DNA from: Raillietiella orientalis
Lineage: Eukaryota
DNA: 64,000 nucleotides
Direction: 5' to 3'
Assembly: GCA_036172245.1 (NCBI GenBank)
Contig: JAYWIR010000001.1
Location: forward strand, 4,154,001 to 4,218,000
The position numbers and the translations under genes were made by a program. Positions 24,591 to 38,642 of the stretch are shown piece by piece. Positions within the stretch are counted from its first letter, which is position 1, and each line of letters begins with the position of its first letter. A model generated the notes under the pieces. It was not told the DNA's origin, searched no databases, and saw only the letters and a program-made list of their open reading frames with translations.

Positions 24591-27518
24591 GAGGATGAAG
24601 GACACCTCTGACGACACGATCGATCAACTAGAGGAATTCCTTTGTTGAAGCAGTTTTGATAACTTTCAAAGAAAAAAAGGCCTGCTTCTCCATCTTTTAG
24701 AGCCCTTTTATACTAAGAATCCTGTAGCATCCTCCCCTCTGCTCGTTAAGATGCATTTTCCGCTCGAGACGTGAACCTGGATGGGCGAAGTACTTAACTT
24801 GTAAAAACATTTCTCCGTGCGTGAGGGCGCCAGCACCCTCGCAGAGGAATGCGATTTCTGTTTCAGTTCTTACTGTTTTCCTTCTTTTCCTTCCTTCCTT
24901 CCTATCTTTCTTTTTTGTGTTTTTGTTTTTTAATTCTGGCAAGCATGCATGCTGGGTACCTCGTACGACGCGATCGATCAACTACAGCGATTCTCATTCA
25001 CGAGATTTTCTTCGACTTGTACGTGACGTCATCTTTGTCCTTCGGTGCAGCACTCTCTCACCATTCTGTCGATACTCGGCATTCTGCATTCTTCTGCTTC
25101 CTGTGGCTCCTATGGAAAACGCACAGCAACAGCCGGTTTTTTCTCAAACTCACGGTCCATTCCTCCCTCCAAGGATGGGCATTTCTTCCCCAGGGATCGA
25201 TTCTTAATATTTCATCTTGGCTTTGAAGCCCCTTCCTGTTCTGAACAATGCCTCGGCATTCTTGAGTCTTCGCTCAGATCGTACACGTTCTTCGGCCACG
25301 CCCTCACCCTTTTCACTGCTGCTCCCATTGCACTTGTCATCTGCGTTCCTGCTTTTCTCAAGGAACGGGGGAAAAAAGGGGGAGAAAAACGAAGAGGCAG
25401 GCGAGTCTCTACTGGCGCGTGCCTTAAAAGCTCTCAGAAGCGCAACGTGACCCTTGACCACGGGACTCTGGACTTGGATTCAAGGGCCGCGGATAGAGCG
25501 TTTCGCCTGGGAAGAGTCCCCAAAGAGCACCTCGCGCGCTCCCTTTAGAAATTCCATCCCCCTTTCAAAAGGGAGCACCAGGGTATTCGGAGAAAAAGAA
25601 CCCTCCGGAGCATCTCTTGGATGACTGCAGCCTTCTCTATCACTTCGAAAGATTTCGTCGAAGTCATTCCGGCCACGCTATTTCTCTCCTCGAGGTTTCA
25701 GGCGGGAAAACCCTTGACCTCGTTGCGTCTGAATTCCTGGTGCTCCAATTTTTGTTAGCCTACTCGTTGCATCTCCTCTGAAAAGCGCGTTGATAGGGCG
25801 ACAATCCGAGTTCATCAAATCTCGTTAGAATCTTAAGGAATAAAAGGTCCTGGTGTGGTCAGTGACAAACCATGGGAGACTCTGAGGCGGTACTCGATGC
25901 AATGATGAGACGGGAACGCTTTGAACGGGAACGTCTCGCGTCCTCCTTCATGGGACACCGAAGATTTCTTTCCATGACAGACCTAGTCCGACCACTTTTC
26001 CCCATACCGGGTGTGGCTTGCATATGAGTACCTGCAGAGCTAGAGGGCGATGGTGAACTATGCCTAGCTAAACCGAATTCGGAGAAAACTCTCATCTAGA
26101 GCTGCAGCGATCTGGAGATGCAAATCAGAGCTGAGGTCTCAGTCTAGGCACGAAAGACGAATCAAATGGCCTCGATCTATTCTCAGACTTTGAATGGGTG
26201 AGAGTCCAGCTGGCTTCCAGGCTTTAACGCTGTTCATGAGCATGTCCAGAGCGACGATTTTTTGATGGGCATAACTGCTCAACAGTTTGAACTAAATGCT
26301 GAGTGATGGCTCATGACGCAGCCCCCATCGACCCATATGAGGGCTGCTGGTTGCTACTGGCAGTGGGACGCTGGCAACAGGGAAAGTTGGAGTTCTTTGA
26401 GAAGTGTGCGATTTGTAATGACTTCCCTACCGATGCAAACGATCCTGGAAATCGGCGGCGCTCAAGAGCCAATTGCCAGCCGTCGGAACAGAGCCATCCT
26501 CGGCTGCTGCTCTGGAGGAAAGCAGTAAGCAGAGTTGGCTCAGAAGGTTCCAACGAACAGGAAGATTAGTATTAGGTGATATGCTGGTACCTCTATTTAA
26601 AAAATAAATCACAAGTCAGAAAGGAATGGCTTCATTATCTGAAAGAAAGGATCTATTATCTGAACACAAGAGATGCCGGAAAAAAAAAAAAAAAAAAAAC
26701 AGAGTTCATTGGGGATGACCACCGGCACGCAGGCCGGCTTTAACAAAAATAGAAAATCGAGGAAGGAATAATAAATAAATATAAAAAGACAGGGGTCTTT
26801 GGTTTTATTCGTTCCTATTTTTCTAGAAGCTGCTATGTTTGGCAATCTTGTTGGAGACTTTTTGTTCCAGGTGGGACCACTTCGCAATCCTAATTCCTCC
26901 CTTTCTGCTTCCTTCTCCCTTCTTCTTTCTCTTCTTTCTCTCTTCCTTTTCCTTTCTTCTTCCTTCTCCTCTCGTCCCCATGGAGGTAGCTGCCATGCAG
27001 GTCACCTCCCTTCCGCTGCGTCCGAGATTCCAGAATATGACAGGTTGGCGCGGACCTGAGACCCATCGTTGCAATCGTGGTTGGCGTCTGCTGAGTCCGC
27101 TGAGCGCGAAGAATCGCCTCAGGCTTCCTCTGGGAGCCGAAGCGCTGAAGACGACCATCGCCGTAGTTCCTGGAGGGCACCGCAGCCTAACAGTAGGAGT
27201 GAGAACGATTCGATCTACCGACACCTTTAACAGTTGAGCAACACAACTCCCCCGGAAAGAAACAGCATGGCCGTTCAGTGGCACTGCATTCTGCCTCCAA
27301 AGTGCCCGCAACAACAAGAAGGTTCATCGTAGTTTCACTAAGATCTTGGAATACGGCGACCGATGAAGCACTGAGAGAATTAAACTAATTAATTAATTTC
27401 AAAAAAACAGGCAGAGTGCATCAGAAAGAAAAGATATGAAGAATCCAGTACTTCCGGAATAATGTTTCAATAATGTTAATGCTCTCACCCATCTTAAGAA
27501 CTTGCCGTAGGCGAAATA

Positions 27519-27794
27519 TTGTGGTACCTCGGTACTCGTCGGTGATTCGTTCCGGAACTCGTGACGAGTACCGAAACCGACGAGTACCAAACGAGTTCCT
27601 TCCTAGGCTTTGTGATACCATTTTTAAGCATTTTAGAATGAGTGACGCTTTCGTCACTCATTCTAAAATGCTTAAAAATGAGCGGAGTGTCGAGTTCCGG
27701 GCACGCTCCGAGTGTCGAAACTTTTTTCTCGTCAAAATAAGACGAGTACTGAGTTTGACGGGTTCCGAAACAGTCGAATACCGAGGTACAACTG
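27519..27794. mobile_element. Tigger/pogo-like MITE (276 bp) with TA target-site duplication
   Basis: Imperfect TIRs (TT)GTGGTACCTCGGTACTCG and CGAATACCGAGGTACAACTG, TA at 27517-18 and 27795-96; CAGTGGTACCTCGG-type ends; no transposase ORF. Confidence 0.8.
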
Positions 27795-27979
27795 TAGTTA
27801 CGAGTCAGAAAGGCTGCGAATTAAGCGGGAGTTCCAAGGGGTGCATCCCCCCCCCCCCTTTTGCAGGTTTACAAAAAAACACAGATAAGATGGGTTGTAG
27901 TGCCACGCGTTCCCTAGTCAGGTTCTTGGGTCACAGCAACTCGACAAACAGACCCCCTTTCTATGGGCAAATTGAATCA

Positions 27980-29100
27980 GGAAGATGTTTCCTCTGGAAA
28001 CGTCTGGTCGCACTTTGAGATTTCCTCTCGCAGACTGGAATGATGCAATTTCAGGAAGGATTCCCGAATTCCTGTTTGTTTCAAAATCGAAATTTCTGAT
28101 TCCTGAGTGTGGTCCCGCTGACGCCTTCACGGATTGCGGCTGCAATCTTGTACAAGCACTTGCTTACTCGATGCCCTCCAGTGTAACCTTGGTGAGCAAT
28201 GGCCACAGCTCCAGTGGTTTTGATCGATGTGAAGGACCACAGGAAGTCTTTAGGGCTAGAAAGCTTCGAGTGAAGCATAGCATTCGGGCGCACCATTTCC
28301 AGATTCACTCTTCCCTTTCCGGTAGAACAGATTACTCCGTTTTCCTGCTGCGTCAATCTTCTGTGCTCCAGTACCTTGCCGTGAATTCTTCATGGCATCG
28401 CTACGGGGATAAGTACGGAGTGGTCTTCCGCGGCGCAAGTGCTTACCGATTCCTCCTCGATCGGGGGGTTTGCTTGAAAATCAGCAACGCACCGGCCAGC
28501 CTTGCGAAGAACCGTGGTTTCCCTCGTTTGCATTCTTGGTAGCATTCAAAGACATTCTTTGGATCGGCTTATTCCCTGTGCGTCTGCAAGAAGCTTGTCA
28601 AGAGGTTGTCCGCTCCCTACCGGAGTCACCTTCCGGTCCGCGGAAGTGAATCCTCGTACAGCTCTCGGCGCCTAAACACTCGATCGGGAAACACGGAACG
28701 GACTTGGTTTGAGCTATCAAGACGGGAAAATCTCAGAGCAGAAGGAAAAGCTGAGGTGTTTTTCGAAATTCAATTTCCCTCAAGATGGTTGTCTTAAAAA
28801 AAGAAAACAAGTTATGGGAAACCATTCCGAGAGGCTCCTTGGATAAATCTATCACTTGCTCCTTGTGCCTGAACAGCCAATCGGCTTCCGGTTCGCATCG
28901 CGACCCAATCACATCTTGTCGTTCATGTTTTCACCAAGACTTTTGCTTCTCTGAATGGAAAATTTTGCTTCTATTTGGGAAAACCAAGAGTTGACAAGAG
29001 AGTGGATGAACTTGAAAGAGCTGGCTCCACTTCTGGGTTTACCCCCACGCAGAGCTAGTCAGCAGTCTAGCAGCCTATCCATCACCAAGGAAACTTCGCA
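27980..29100 (+). mobile_element. Degenerate L1-like RT core and C-terminal region
   Basis: VSNGHSSSGFDRCEGPQE (like vNG..s..f...rG.rQG), later WENQ...ELAPLLGLP. Confidence 0.5.
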
Positions 29101-29640
29101 GAGCTGTCTGATTCGCCCAGTACCTCTCGAAGCAAGAAGCGCTCAGCATTTCTGGTGTCCGCTGCAAGAAGACTGGGGACACTGAGCCGTAGAAGGGTCA
29201 CGTACAAGGAACACCCGCCTCACGGTTCGGATGCTAACCTGACTCCAGGCTTCCCCGGAATCGATACCTAATTCAAGGCAAACCACGTTCCTCGAAGTCC
29301 TGTTGGATCCACTCCCGATGCTTCAGGAACGGAAGCCGGGATTCTCTCGAATACCCGTCCGACCCGTCCCAGCTCGATGCATTTCCGTCGTGGGAACCAG
29401 ATGAACGCACGGATTCACGCTGTCTCATCCGGCAGACCTAGAAAGTTCCTTCCAAGCTAAGCACCTAGCTTGTACGGGATTTGAATTCTACAACAAGACG
29501 CATGGCTTAAGAGGCGGAAGAAGTGTCGCTACTTGACTATCAACTTCCGTGAGTGCCAGCGTTCTCTCCTGGAAGCGATGGACTCGCCCTCTGAGGCATT
29601 CGTTCTCGGCGTCAGACTTTCTTTCGATGATTTTGGTTTC

Positions 29641-29673
29641 CTCTCTTTGTCTCTCTCTCTCTCTTTCTCTCTC
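29641..29673 (+). repeat. Imperfect (CT)n microsatellite
   Basis: ctctctttgtctctctctctctctttctctctc. Confidence 0.85.
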
Positions 29674-32600
29674 AGTGATTAATTGCATTTTCCCAGTTGC
29701 TATGGTGGCCGATGCAATTTTTCTCAATCAGAGGACCCAAAACTTGACTCGATCTATTATCGTGAGGATGCCGCTAGGTTTACGAAAGGTGGCTCAAGGA
29801 ACCCGGTTTCAGCTGCAGGTTCTGGAGCCGCAGGAGGAAATTCAGTTCCTGGAAAGGACGAAATTTGCGGTTAGAAACCAACACCGAAGAGCAGTGAATC
29901 GGCGATTTTCAAGGAGCGAAACAACTCGGTGCCATTCCTGCTCTTAAGGTGCTCTTGAGGTGAAAGACGAAAGTTATTCCGTAGACCTATTTGGACCTGA
30001 GAAATAGGTAGGAAGAGACCACGTTCCCACCTTGGGAATCTACTGCACTGAATGTCGGAGTGATGTCGTCACGAACTGATCTCAGCGTCTTAGAGAAAAG
30101 CAACCAAAGTTCTAAAAGGAGAACGAAACTTGATCGAGAAGCAAGAGAGAATAATAGGTCTCTAATGGTCAGGGCTTCAGAGTGGGTGGCATGGAGAAAT
30201 GGCCCATATTTTGTTCCTGTGATTTTAGATGGTTGTTGTTTTTCTTTCGTATGATTCGCCTTGGGGATGATGTGGGCTCATTTTTTGGTTTCCTAACGAA
30301 CAAACTATCCCACCCGTAGGTCGCGTTCCCAAGAAACCAACTGAACCCACAGATAGAACTGATCAACGCGGCGCGCCCTTTTAGGGTGCATATTTTCGAT
30401 TACAGGACTTTTGTAGAGTTACCAGCGTACGAGGTGCATTTGAGGCTTCTTAAAGCTCGTGCCTAGTTGACTTCTCACGTTCCAATGGATGCTGGTCAAG
30501 AGAAGTGTGATTTAGTAGGGTTGCTTAGGGAGTATGAGCATTGCATGATTGAGATGTTGGGGTGTGCTTCAAAATCCCAAACTCCGAGATCCCTAAAGAT
30601 CAAAATCCCAGAATGTCACAAAAACTAAACATATATGCTTATTCTTCCATAGATTAAGATAAAGATTTATTTTGATATGCATAGTTATTGATATTTATTG
30701 GCATGCCTATTATTAACAGCGATACTGCTGGAAAGGATATATTTTTTACACTCTTCATGATGCATCTTAATCCATATATTAATCTTTATTTACATATGTA
30801 TATGAATATGTATAATAAGCATGTATATTTATTTTTCATAAAATTTAACATATATAGCAACAATGTAATCAACAACTTAGTAATAGTAGAATGTATGTTC
30901 CAATAATGTTACTGTTAATGATATATGTGTGTTAATAAACATTCACTATGTATCTGCAGAATGTATTTGTGTCTTATACCATGTGGAATGGACACATATG
31001 CTCATTTTTCATGACCTTTCGGGATTTCGACCGGCACCGGAGATGTTGATGCAGTCAGGCACGACGTCAAGAGTCGAACCACGCTCGACGAAAGACATGA
31101 AGAACCGCCTAGGAAAGCCACTAGGAAGCACTAGGAGTTGGTGGCTCCCAATCAGCCTATGCAGCCTATTTCGTGCAGGAGAATGAAGGAATTGTTCCGT
31201 GGCACGAGAAATAGGGGTTTCTCGATGAATCCGAACTCGCACGAGCAAAATATCTGATATCTGGGGAGCTGCTCCTCCTCTTGAGAAGCTCTGGAATGAG
31301 GCAGCGAACAATTTATGGGTACGTATATTCATTCCTTAATACGAATGGGGTGTTCATTCTGAATCTAACGGTGAGTATGGGTTTTATGTGAGGCATGGGT
31401 TTGCTTGTGGATTCCGTGTTAAATTTGGGTGAGCAAAGAGGCAGCGAAAAGTATGAATCTCATGTTCGCTTAGAGTCCAACATTCAAGGATTTCATATCG
31501 AGTTCGAATTTGATGTTAAGCATGAATTCAATCGTAGTTAAAAATCTAGGCATGCAAGGAAAGGGCAGGGGTAAGAGGGGGGTAGAAATAGTAAGATACT
31601 AAAATGCAAAATGGTGTGTAGAGTGCACTCTGAAATTTGAATTTGAATTGAAAGATTGCTTCTTGACTGAAGAGAGGAAGAAGTAAGGTGAGTTGAGATG
31701 GATGCCGCATGTGTGGACATTTGAGAATAATTGAATGGGAGGGAAAATACTTTAAAGAGTACAATGGATGATAATAATGGATGTGGAGATGAGAGGTGGT
31801 GGTGGTGAGTTGTGCCTTTGATTGGTGCTTCTATTTACAAAATCAATGCTTTAAATAAACTAGTAAGGCTGGGTACAGCTATGGGGTGGGAGGCAAGATA
31901 AGGAATAGGGAATAGATGAGGATGAGATTTATCTGAGGGTCAGGAGGGATGAGAAGGTGTGATGAAAGTAGCTTCCAAGTGTAAGTAAACTTATTAATGA
32001 TTGCATCTTTTACTATGAAATTGTATGTCTCTGTGATTTGGAAACTGCAAACTCTCTTTGACATAGGAGGTGAAATTGATGGGAGGGAAGACGAAGTGAG
32101 GTAGGACCAAAGGTAGAAAGACGAGGGATGGGAAAGGCAACTGCTCAGATTCAACAGCAACCTCCAGCTGAAATCCAAGGAAAGAAAACGCACAAGGGAG
32201 GCTAGAAACAAAAAAAACAGAGCAATGGATGGAACAAATAGGATGCTTAGAGATGTCTTTTCCGCGTCCTTTGTGCTTCGGCTCCAATCATCCATGGGCG
32301 ACTCGCCCAATGGATGATTTGGATGTTGCACGTATCCTGAGGCTGCAGTGCCTCAGATGCAATTCCGGCCGTCGAAACACGTGTCGAAACCTCGGCTATC
32401 CCAGCTATCGCGTCCCGTCCCCGAAAGCGCTCAGCTCCGTTGCGAAGGATTCGGGAGTGCTCGCGATGGGAAACCGCCGGCGTCGGATCGCAGCGCGAGG
32501 CGTCGTCTCTTAGGAGGGACACGACAGTGCTGCCAACGTGTACGAGCGGGCCGCAGGGAATCGAACCGAGCCCATCCGCACCAACAGATCTCTTGCGCCA

Positions 32601-33084
32601 GGATGGCTTCGCGAAGATCAGCTAAAGGAGAAGGCGCTGCGAAGTGGAGGAAGAGGAGGAAAGGATGCGCTGAAGTGGCAGCCGCTGACATGTTCGATGG
32701 CTCAAAGCATCCTCGGTCAGTCAATAAATCAGCGGAGGCTGACGCGCATTCCAGTGGGAACAGAATCGCCCTCCCTCCTTGAACGGGATGCTCGCTCCCT
32801 GGAACTCAAAGAGATGCTTCTCTTGAATAGAGGACAGAACGCCCGCTTCATACTGAAAACGGGAAAAGAAGGAGCGATGATCCCTAAAGGATTTCATCCC
32901 GTCCGGTTCGTGCAGAGAAAACGAACTCCTCCTCCTCGTTCTCTCCGGGAAAGCAGAGAGAGGTCGCGTGATCTCTCACCTGTTCTCGTGCAGTTCTCTT
33001 GACCTGCATGGCAACCCGGAAAACAAAGGAGGGAGCCGTGAGATGGAACATGGGCATCCACTAGACTTGGAAAGCTGGAGGAGC

Positions 33085-33833
33085 TTTTTTTTCTTTGGTG
33101 ATCAAGGAATGCTGAAGAACCGTCCTCCTTCTTATGAGAGGCTCAGAAAGCTCTTCAGCACTGTCCACACTACCTGGAGTTTGACTCTCCAAGTTAGGGA
33201 GTACTTCGGTAGTGGATCACCCTATGGATCCAGGAAGGCTCCACATGAAGGAGTGCGTTCCTCTCACGCTTGTTAGGGGAACCTGAAAAGGAACCCTTCT
33301 CCCTTGTTCTCTCCGGAGGGGTCCCACAGTGGAGCTTATTTCTCATTTCTTCTCCGGAGGGAACCCTCAAGGGAACCGCTTCGTGTCTGAACTCCTCTGA
33401 AGAGGAATCCCGAAGGGACGCTTGCCAATTTCTCTGGAGGGCGTTCCCCAAAGGGAGCGGCGCGCCTCTTCATACTCTGGAGAGGTATCAACCAGCTTCA
33501 TGGAACTCGATGGGGAGTTCTCTCGCGAAAGGGAGGACGGCTCCATTCTCACAACCGGAGAAGGAACATCTAGATTTCTGGAAACAGCTAGTAGGGTCGA
33601 CTTCCAATCCCTGACGGTCAACGGGACATCTGGTTTCCAGCTTCCACCATTGCAGCACCCGAAGCCCGTAAGGGCAACTAGAGTCACCCTGCTGATGGGA
33701 CTCAAAATCCACGACTCTTCTGCCCCCCCCCTTTCCCCCATTTTTCGACGTCAATCCTTCCCCGGGCAGGATTCGAACCCTCAACGCTTGGTACAACGTG
33801 CGGAAAGCCGCAGCCACAGGACCGTCAACGCGA
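33085..33833 (-). mobile_element. tRNA-headed SINE-like element, copy 3
   Basis: Minus strand GAGGGTTCGAATCCTG, core, several hairpin subrepeats, tail and A8. Confidence 0.85.
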
Positions 33834-36800
33834 GATGGAAGATTTCGTGCAGGCGCATGGACCACCAGTAACCACCGCAGTGTCTTGAAAGCTAAGGGAA
33901 TCAAACAAGGAGTTTCGCTCCAGGATTTCCACTTGGCTGACTCAAATCAACAAATCCTGGAAAGTCCTCGTGGTGCCTGTGGATCTCGGAAAACGACGAG
34001 TTCCGGCACACTCGACTGTAAAAGGCGACTCGTCGTTCGCCGGGAAAGATCACCTGAAGTTCACAAGTATCTTCTCCGATGTGCTGTAATCCTCTCTCGG
34101 ATGTGCTCTCCCTCCTCCTTACGGAAGCTGCCATCCAGTCGAGACTACATCTCGAAAAAACAACAGAGCTGGTCATCCTTTCCATGCCGTGATGGATTCC
34201 TCTTTGTTCGAGCACCCAGAAAACATCCTCCTTTCCAAGTATGCCGTCGATGCATGTCTAGGTCTATTCGTCCAGCCCACGACCACGTTTTTCTTTGAAT
34301 GTCCTCGTAAAGACCGATGCTTCCAGCAAGAGACCGCCTGCCATTTGCATCATTTTGCAGCCCTCTCGATCTACTTCCCGTAGAATAAAGACAGAAGAGA
34401 GAAGAGGGTGTGGACTGGAAAATCGATTCACTGGGAAAGATGCCAAGAGATTTCCTTTACGGAGAGATTTCCAGCTGTTTCCTTGGTCACCCTCTTTCTT
34501 CCCACTCAGACACTCCAGAACTAGTGGTCTCAGCAAGAGTATATACAAGACCGGAAGTAAAACGAAGCGCAACCCTTCGCAGATTCTTCCCACAGAGAAA
34601 TTTCAAGCACTTCTCGTGTTCTGTGGGAAATTCCTCATTCCTCCCTCGCCCCCCGGACAGACCTGCAGGGCAAGCGACTCGGAGCGGACAGCAGCAGTCG
34701 TTCAGGAAAACTCAGGTCGACGTGACCGTAGCTGATTAGGAAGAAATAAGAGCGGATCTAAATGATCCCTTGCCTCTGCAAGAGCTACTTGATCGCAGTG
34801 AGACTGGAGGAAGATGCTCCTGAGAGTCGCGGCAGTGGCCTCCACGGAAACCCGACTCGTCCGGCGCAACAAGGACCGTGCAAGAGAGTTTCTCCACTCG
34901 GTCCGGAGATTTGAGTCTCCTTTGCATCGTTACCCAGTGTGCCTGTTGGGGCAGAAGAAAGGCATCCGATGCCTCCAACCGATCTTCCAATGGATTCTGC
35001 TCGTGACGGGAAGGCGAAACAATCCATTGGTTTGAAGGCAGGTTTGATTTGGTTCTTTAGACAATGTGGCTCGCTTATAAATTGGTCTGGAGAAGAGGAA
35101 ACAATCAGCGCTATGAGGGAGATGTGTGTCTTTGACGAGAGTGCCATCTTGGTTTGGATGAAACATACTCTGCGGTCGCGCGTGCTTTTCTGTGCCTTTT
35201 CTTGGATCTCGATCCAGCCAAAGCAAGGCATTGGTTTCGCTCGTGTGAAACACACACCTGAAAGATAAGTATGAATGAGAAGAGCGAGGCATTGGTTCCG
35301 TTTGCAGTTTGATTTTGCACAGCTGGTAACACCTGTTCTCCGGTAAAGATGTGCAGGTTTGCGTACATGCCCTCTGGCAACAAGGAAGCTTCTGGCCTCT
35401 CAGGTTCCTCATTCAATGAACAACGAAGTCAACTTTGAAATTGAAAGCTTCTTAATCCGTTTGCGTCACAGCATCAGCTTCATGGGGTTGATCCTTCAGA
35501 TCTGAGGGCTTGCGCCCTCACATTCTCCTTCTCCGAACTGGCAAGTGCGCCCCAGTTACCACGAGCATCGGAATGCATTGGAAAAACAGAACACTGACTT
35601 TCCGAGGAGCTATGTGTTGCTCATCTTGTTCTTGAGTTTCCACTTGCAGCACCTTCATACTCATCTCACTGCGGTCAAAGATGGACACACAGGACATTCC
35701 CGCAAAAACAGTACGCCTGCTCATCTGGATTTATCGAGAAAATCGATTGTTCCAGCTTCCGTACCGCGGTTTGCGTTTTTTTCAGGCATGCCCATCCAGC
35801 TTCATAGTCAAATTTCTAATCCATTGGTAATTAGCAGGAGTTTTCCACGCTTCCTGCAGTTTGGATGTTCGTTGCATTCCCTGGAAGTGCCCGTATTTTC
35901 TTGTTGGCACCAACAGGCCTAAACAAGTAAGTGGAACAAACTGGAATATTCAAACACGACAGAACTTTGGCATGCGAAGGATGCGACCGTGGCTCTGTGG
36001 GACTGCAGGGCACGAGCAAAAAGTCTCAGTTCCTGACTTCTGTGATTGCTGACATGACTAGAAGTTTACATTCTCGTCTGTAAACTCCTGCACGTGTCTA
36101 GCTAATTGAATCTCTCCGACCCAAAAAAATTCTTCGGATAGAACGAAAAGTAAAACTTATATGAGTGGGGCAGCTGACGAGTGAGCTGTTGCTTAAAAGA
36201 GACAGAACAGTGAAGGTCACGCAGTTTTATAAATGACGGTGAGTTACTGATGGTTGTTTTTTAATTCTTGCTTCCTTCCAGAAATGAGGAGCTCGAATTT
36301 TTATCCTTCTCTCTCCTCAGGACTGGATGGCAGCTCACGGTGTTTCGAGGTGGTTGGATTTTACGTGCCTGATCAGTGAACTGAAATTCGCTGCAATAGG
36401 AAATATCGTGGTCATTTCTTCGGCCACATTGATTTCACAGTTTTCACAGGTGTTTCAGAGAGCTCGGCAATCAACAGAATATTCGTCATCGTTCTGCAAG
36501 TTTTCATTCTGTTCCAAAAAAAAAGCATGGATCTTCTCTTTTAGGCCAGCAGTTGCCAGAAGATTCGAAATTCTTCTACTAGTTTCTTGGACCGAAGTGA
36601 GAAAGGAGAGAGAAGCGTAAAGACTTCAGAAAACGATAGTGTTCGACCTGATACAGTTGCGAGAGTACCTAATGATTCAAGCACTGAACAACGCAAGCAC
36701 AGACCCTGAAGAGGCAAACAGACATCAGACGGCGTTCCCATCGCCAGCGTGATGTGATGAGCTAATTACTCTTATTTTTCTTTCTCCCTTTTTGGTCTTT

Positions 36801-37599
36801 CGAAAGAGCATCTCGGTAGCAAATTCAAATTTGATTCTCAGGTAGATATCTCCTTTCCCGTACAAGTCTTTTCCTGAATGACCAAAGTCCAAAGACACGT
36901 GTTACATCAAGCCAATAGCAATAATGGAAATCTTGAACGTTTTCTTCCATCTGTACAGATTTTTCTGAGGTCTGAAGGTTCAGAGGATCCAATGCTCGGT
37001 TTCGATTCAAGTATCTGCTCTGCTCTAAATGAGGAACCTCTTCCAAAGACCTCAACATTCCCAACACCTTCGAACTTTTGTTTGGATCCTTGAAAGGAAC
37101 GGTAGCGGAATGAAGCGCTCTGTCGCCTCGCCTGTTTCCACCACTTTCCTTCCGGGCTTATCGAAAAATTCAACCACATCATGGAAGTTCTTCTCGTTCT
37201 GTTCCCATGACATTCCAGAATTTGATTTGAGGAACTGAAAATTCCACCGAATAGAGACATTTTTTCGGAGTTTCGTAGAAACTCCGACATTTCTACAGCC
37301 GTAGAAGGCTACCACTTGTTTGCGTGGTGGCGAGGATCAGAGATGTGGAAAGCAAACGACGTGAGCGCTTAGTGTGCTCCCAGAATTTCCAATTCAGCTT
37401 TCCGAACCAAAGTAGACGTTGAGAATTCTAAGATCTGAGACACCCTACCAGTATATTTCACACCCCTGTATTCGGCTGCACTTCCAGCATCTCTTGCGAG
37501 TTCCCGAGTGGATTTAACTGGATGTAGAAGAATATGAAGCCATGAAGAAAAGGATTACTTTTAGAAAAATTTGTATGCTGTTACCTCAGAACACGCATC

Positions 37600-38300
37600 C
37601 CAGATCCCCTTATTGCTTGAAGGATAGATAGGATATGTCCTCCATGTGAGAAAACATGAGCAGCGCATGAAAGGATTTTTCCATTCAGACAATATCAACC
37701 AATGGATTTTATCTCGTTTTCCCGAACGGATTTCGTTCCTGATTTGTGAAAAAGGTTTTTCCCGTTTGCTCGTGACCGATTCACTGAAGATCGCGAACTT
37801 GATGTTCAGAGAGTCAATCTTGCAAAAAGTGGTGTCTTTATCCGAGGATGCAGTCGCATTTCTTTTAATTTATTTTAAGGTTAAGAATCCTCTCGAGTGT
37901 TTCCTACGCTCTCGTGGTCACACCAAAAGGCTGAGTGCCTTAGGGCGAAGCCATTAAAAATTTTCAGGAAGCCAGAGGATTTCCCTTGGAAAACAACCTC
38001 GTGTCAGTATCCCTCTTGTCATGTCTCTGGTGTTTTCTCAGCTCCTTGTTTTTACTGGTGGTCAGAGGTTTCGAAATCGGACGCTTTCGGAAGCTTATTC
38101 CTTATTTTTAGATCATCGATGAGAAGAAATCATCCCGAGATCGAATGAGCTTTGACCGGGTTAAAAGTAATCCAAGGAGTCACTTATCAGAAACGTATAC
38201 CGCGCGTTCAGAATCCACAATTAGGCTCCCATTGCTTGCAGAAAGTCATCTTAAGACAGTTCCACTGAAGAATGTTCCCTGAGTCTTCTGTGCTTTTGTG
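37600..38300 (+). mobile_element. Degenerate L1-like RT fragment
   Basis: EKGFSRLLVTDSLKIA (like Q.GF..gR.i.D) and downstream VIQGV. Confidence 0.4.
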
Positions 38301-38642
38301 CAGTCTAAATCAGGACCATCCATCACCGAATCGCTGACTGAGAACAAACACAAAGCTGAGGGAATCTGTGGTCACTGACTCCTGGTAGGCTCCTGAAGTA
38401 AAACAATTTCGAGATAGATTTTCAAATATTTTCTGAAGATCCTACTGATCTTTAAAAGGAATGGGACAGCACCCGTTTCTTCGTGAGGCATCTCTCTTAA
38501 AGTGAAGGATTTATGAGATATACCTCCGAATGGATGTTATCGTGGATGGAAACTGTGAAACCTTCTATCGTTTTTTTGTTTTGATGAGAGAGTCAGGCAA
38601 AAGGCAGAAGATTTGGATTCATGGAACACTGCTGACGGCAAT

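Noticed and set aside
32550-32615. Another tRNA/SINE head on the minus strand (GGTTCGATTCCC)
   Set aside because: The T-stem does not pair and no SINE core follows.
33395-33460. Hammerhead ribozymes on the antisense strand of SINE units (CTGAAGAG...stem)
   Set aside because: No unit shows a complete CUGAnGA-stem II-GAAA core with stems I and III. An RNAmotif or Infernal search would be needed to exclude degenerate forms.
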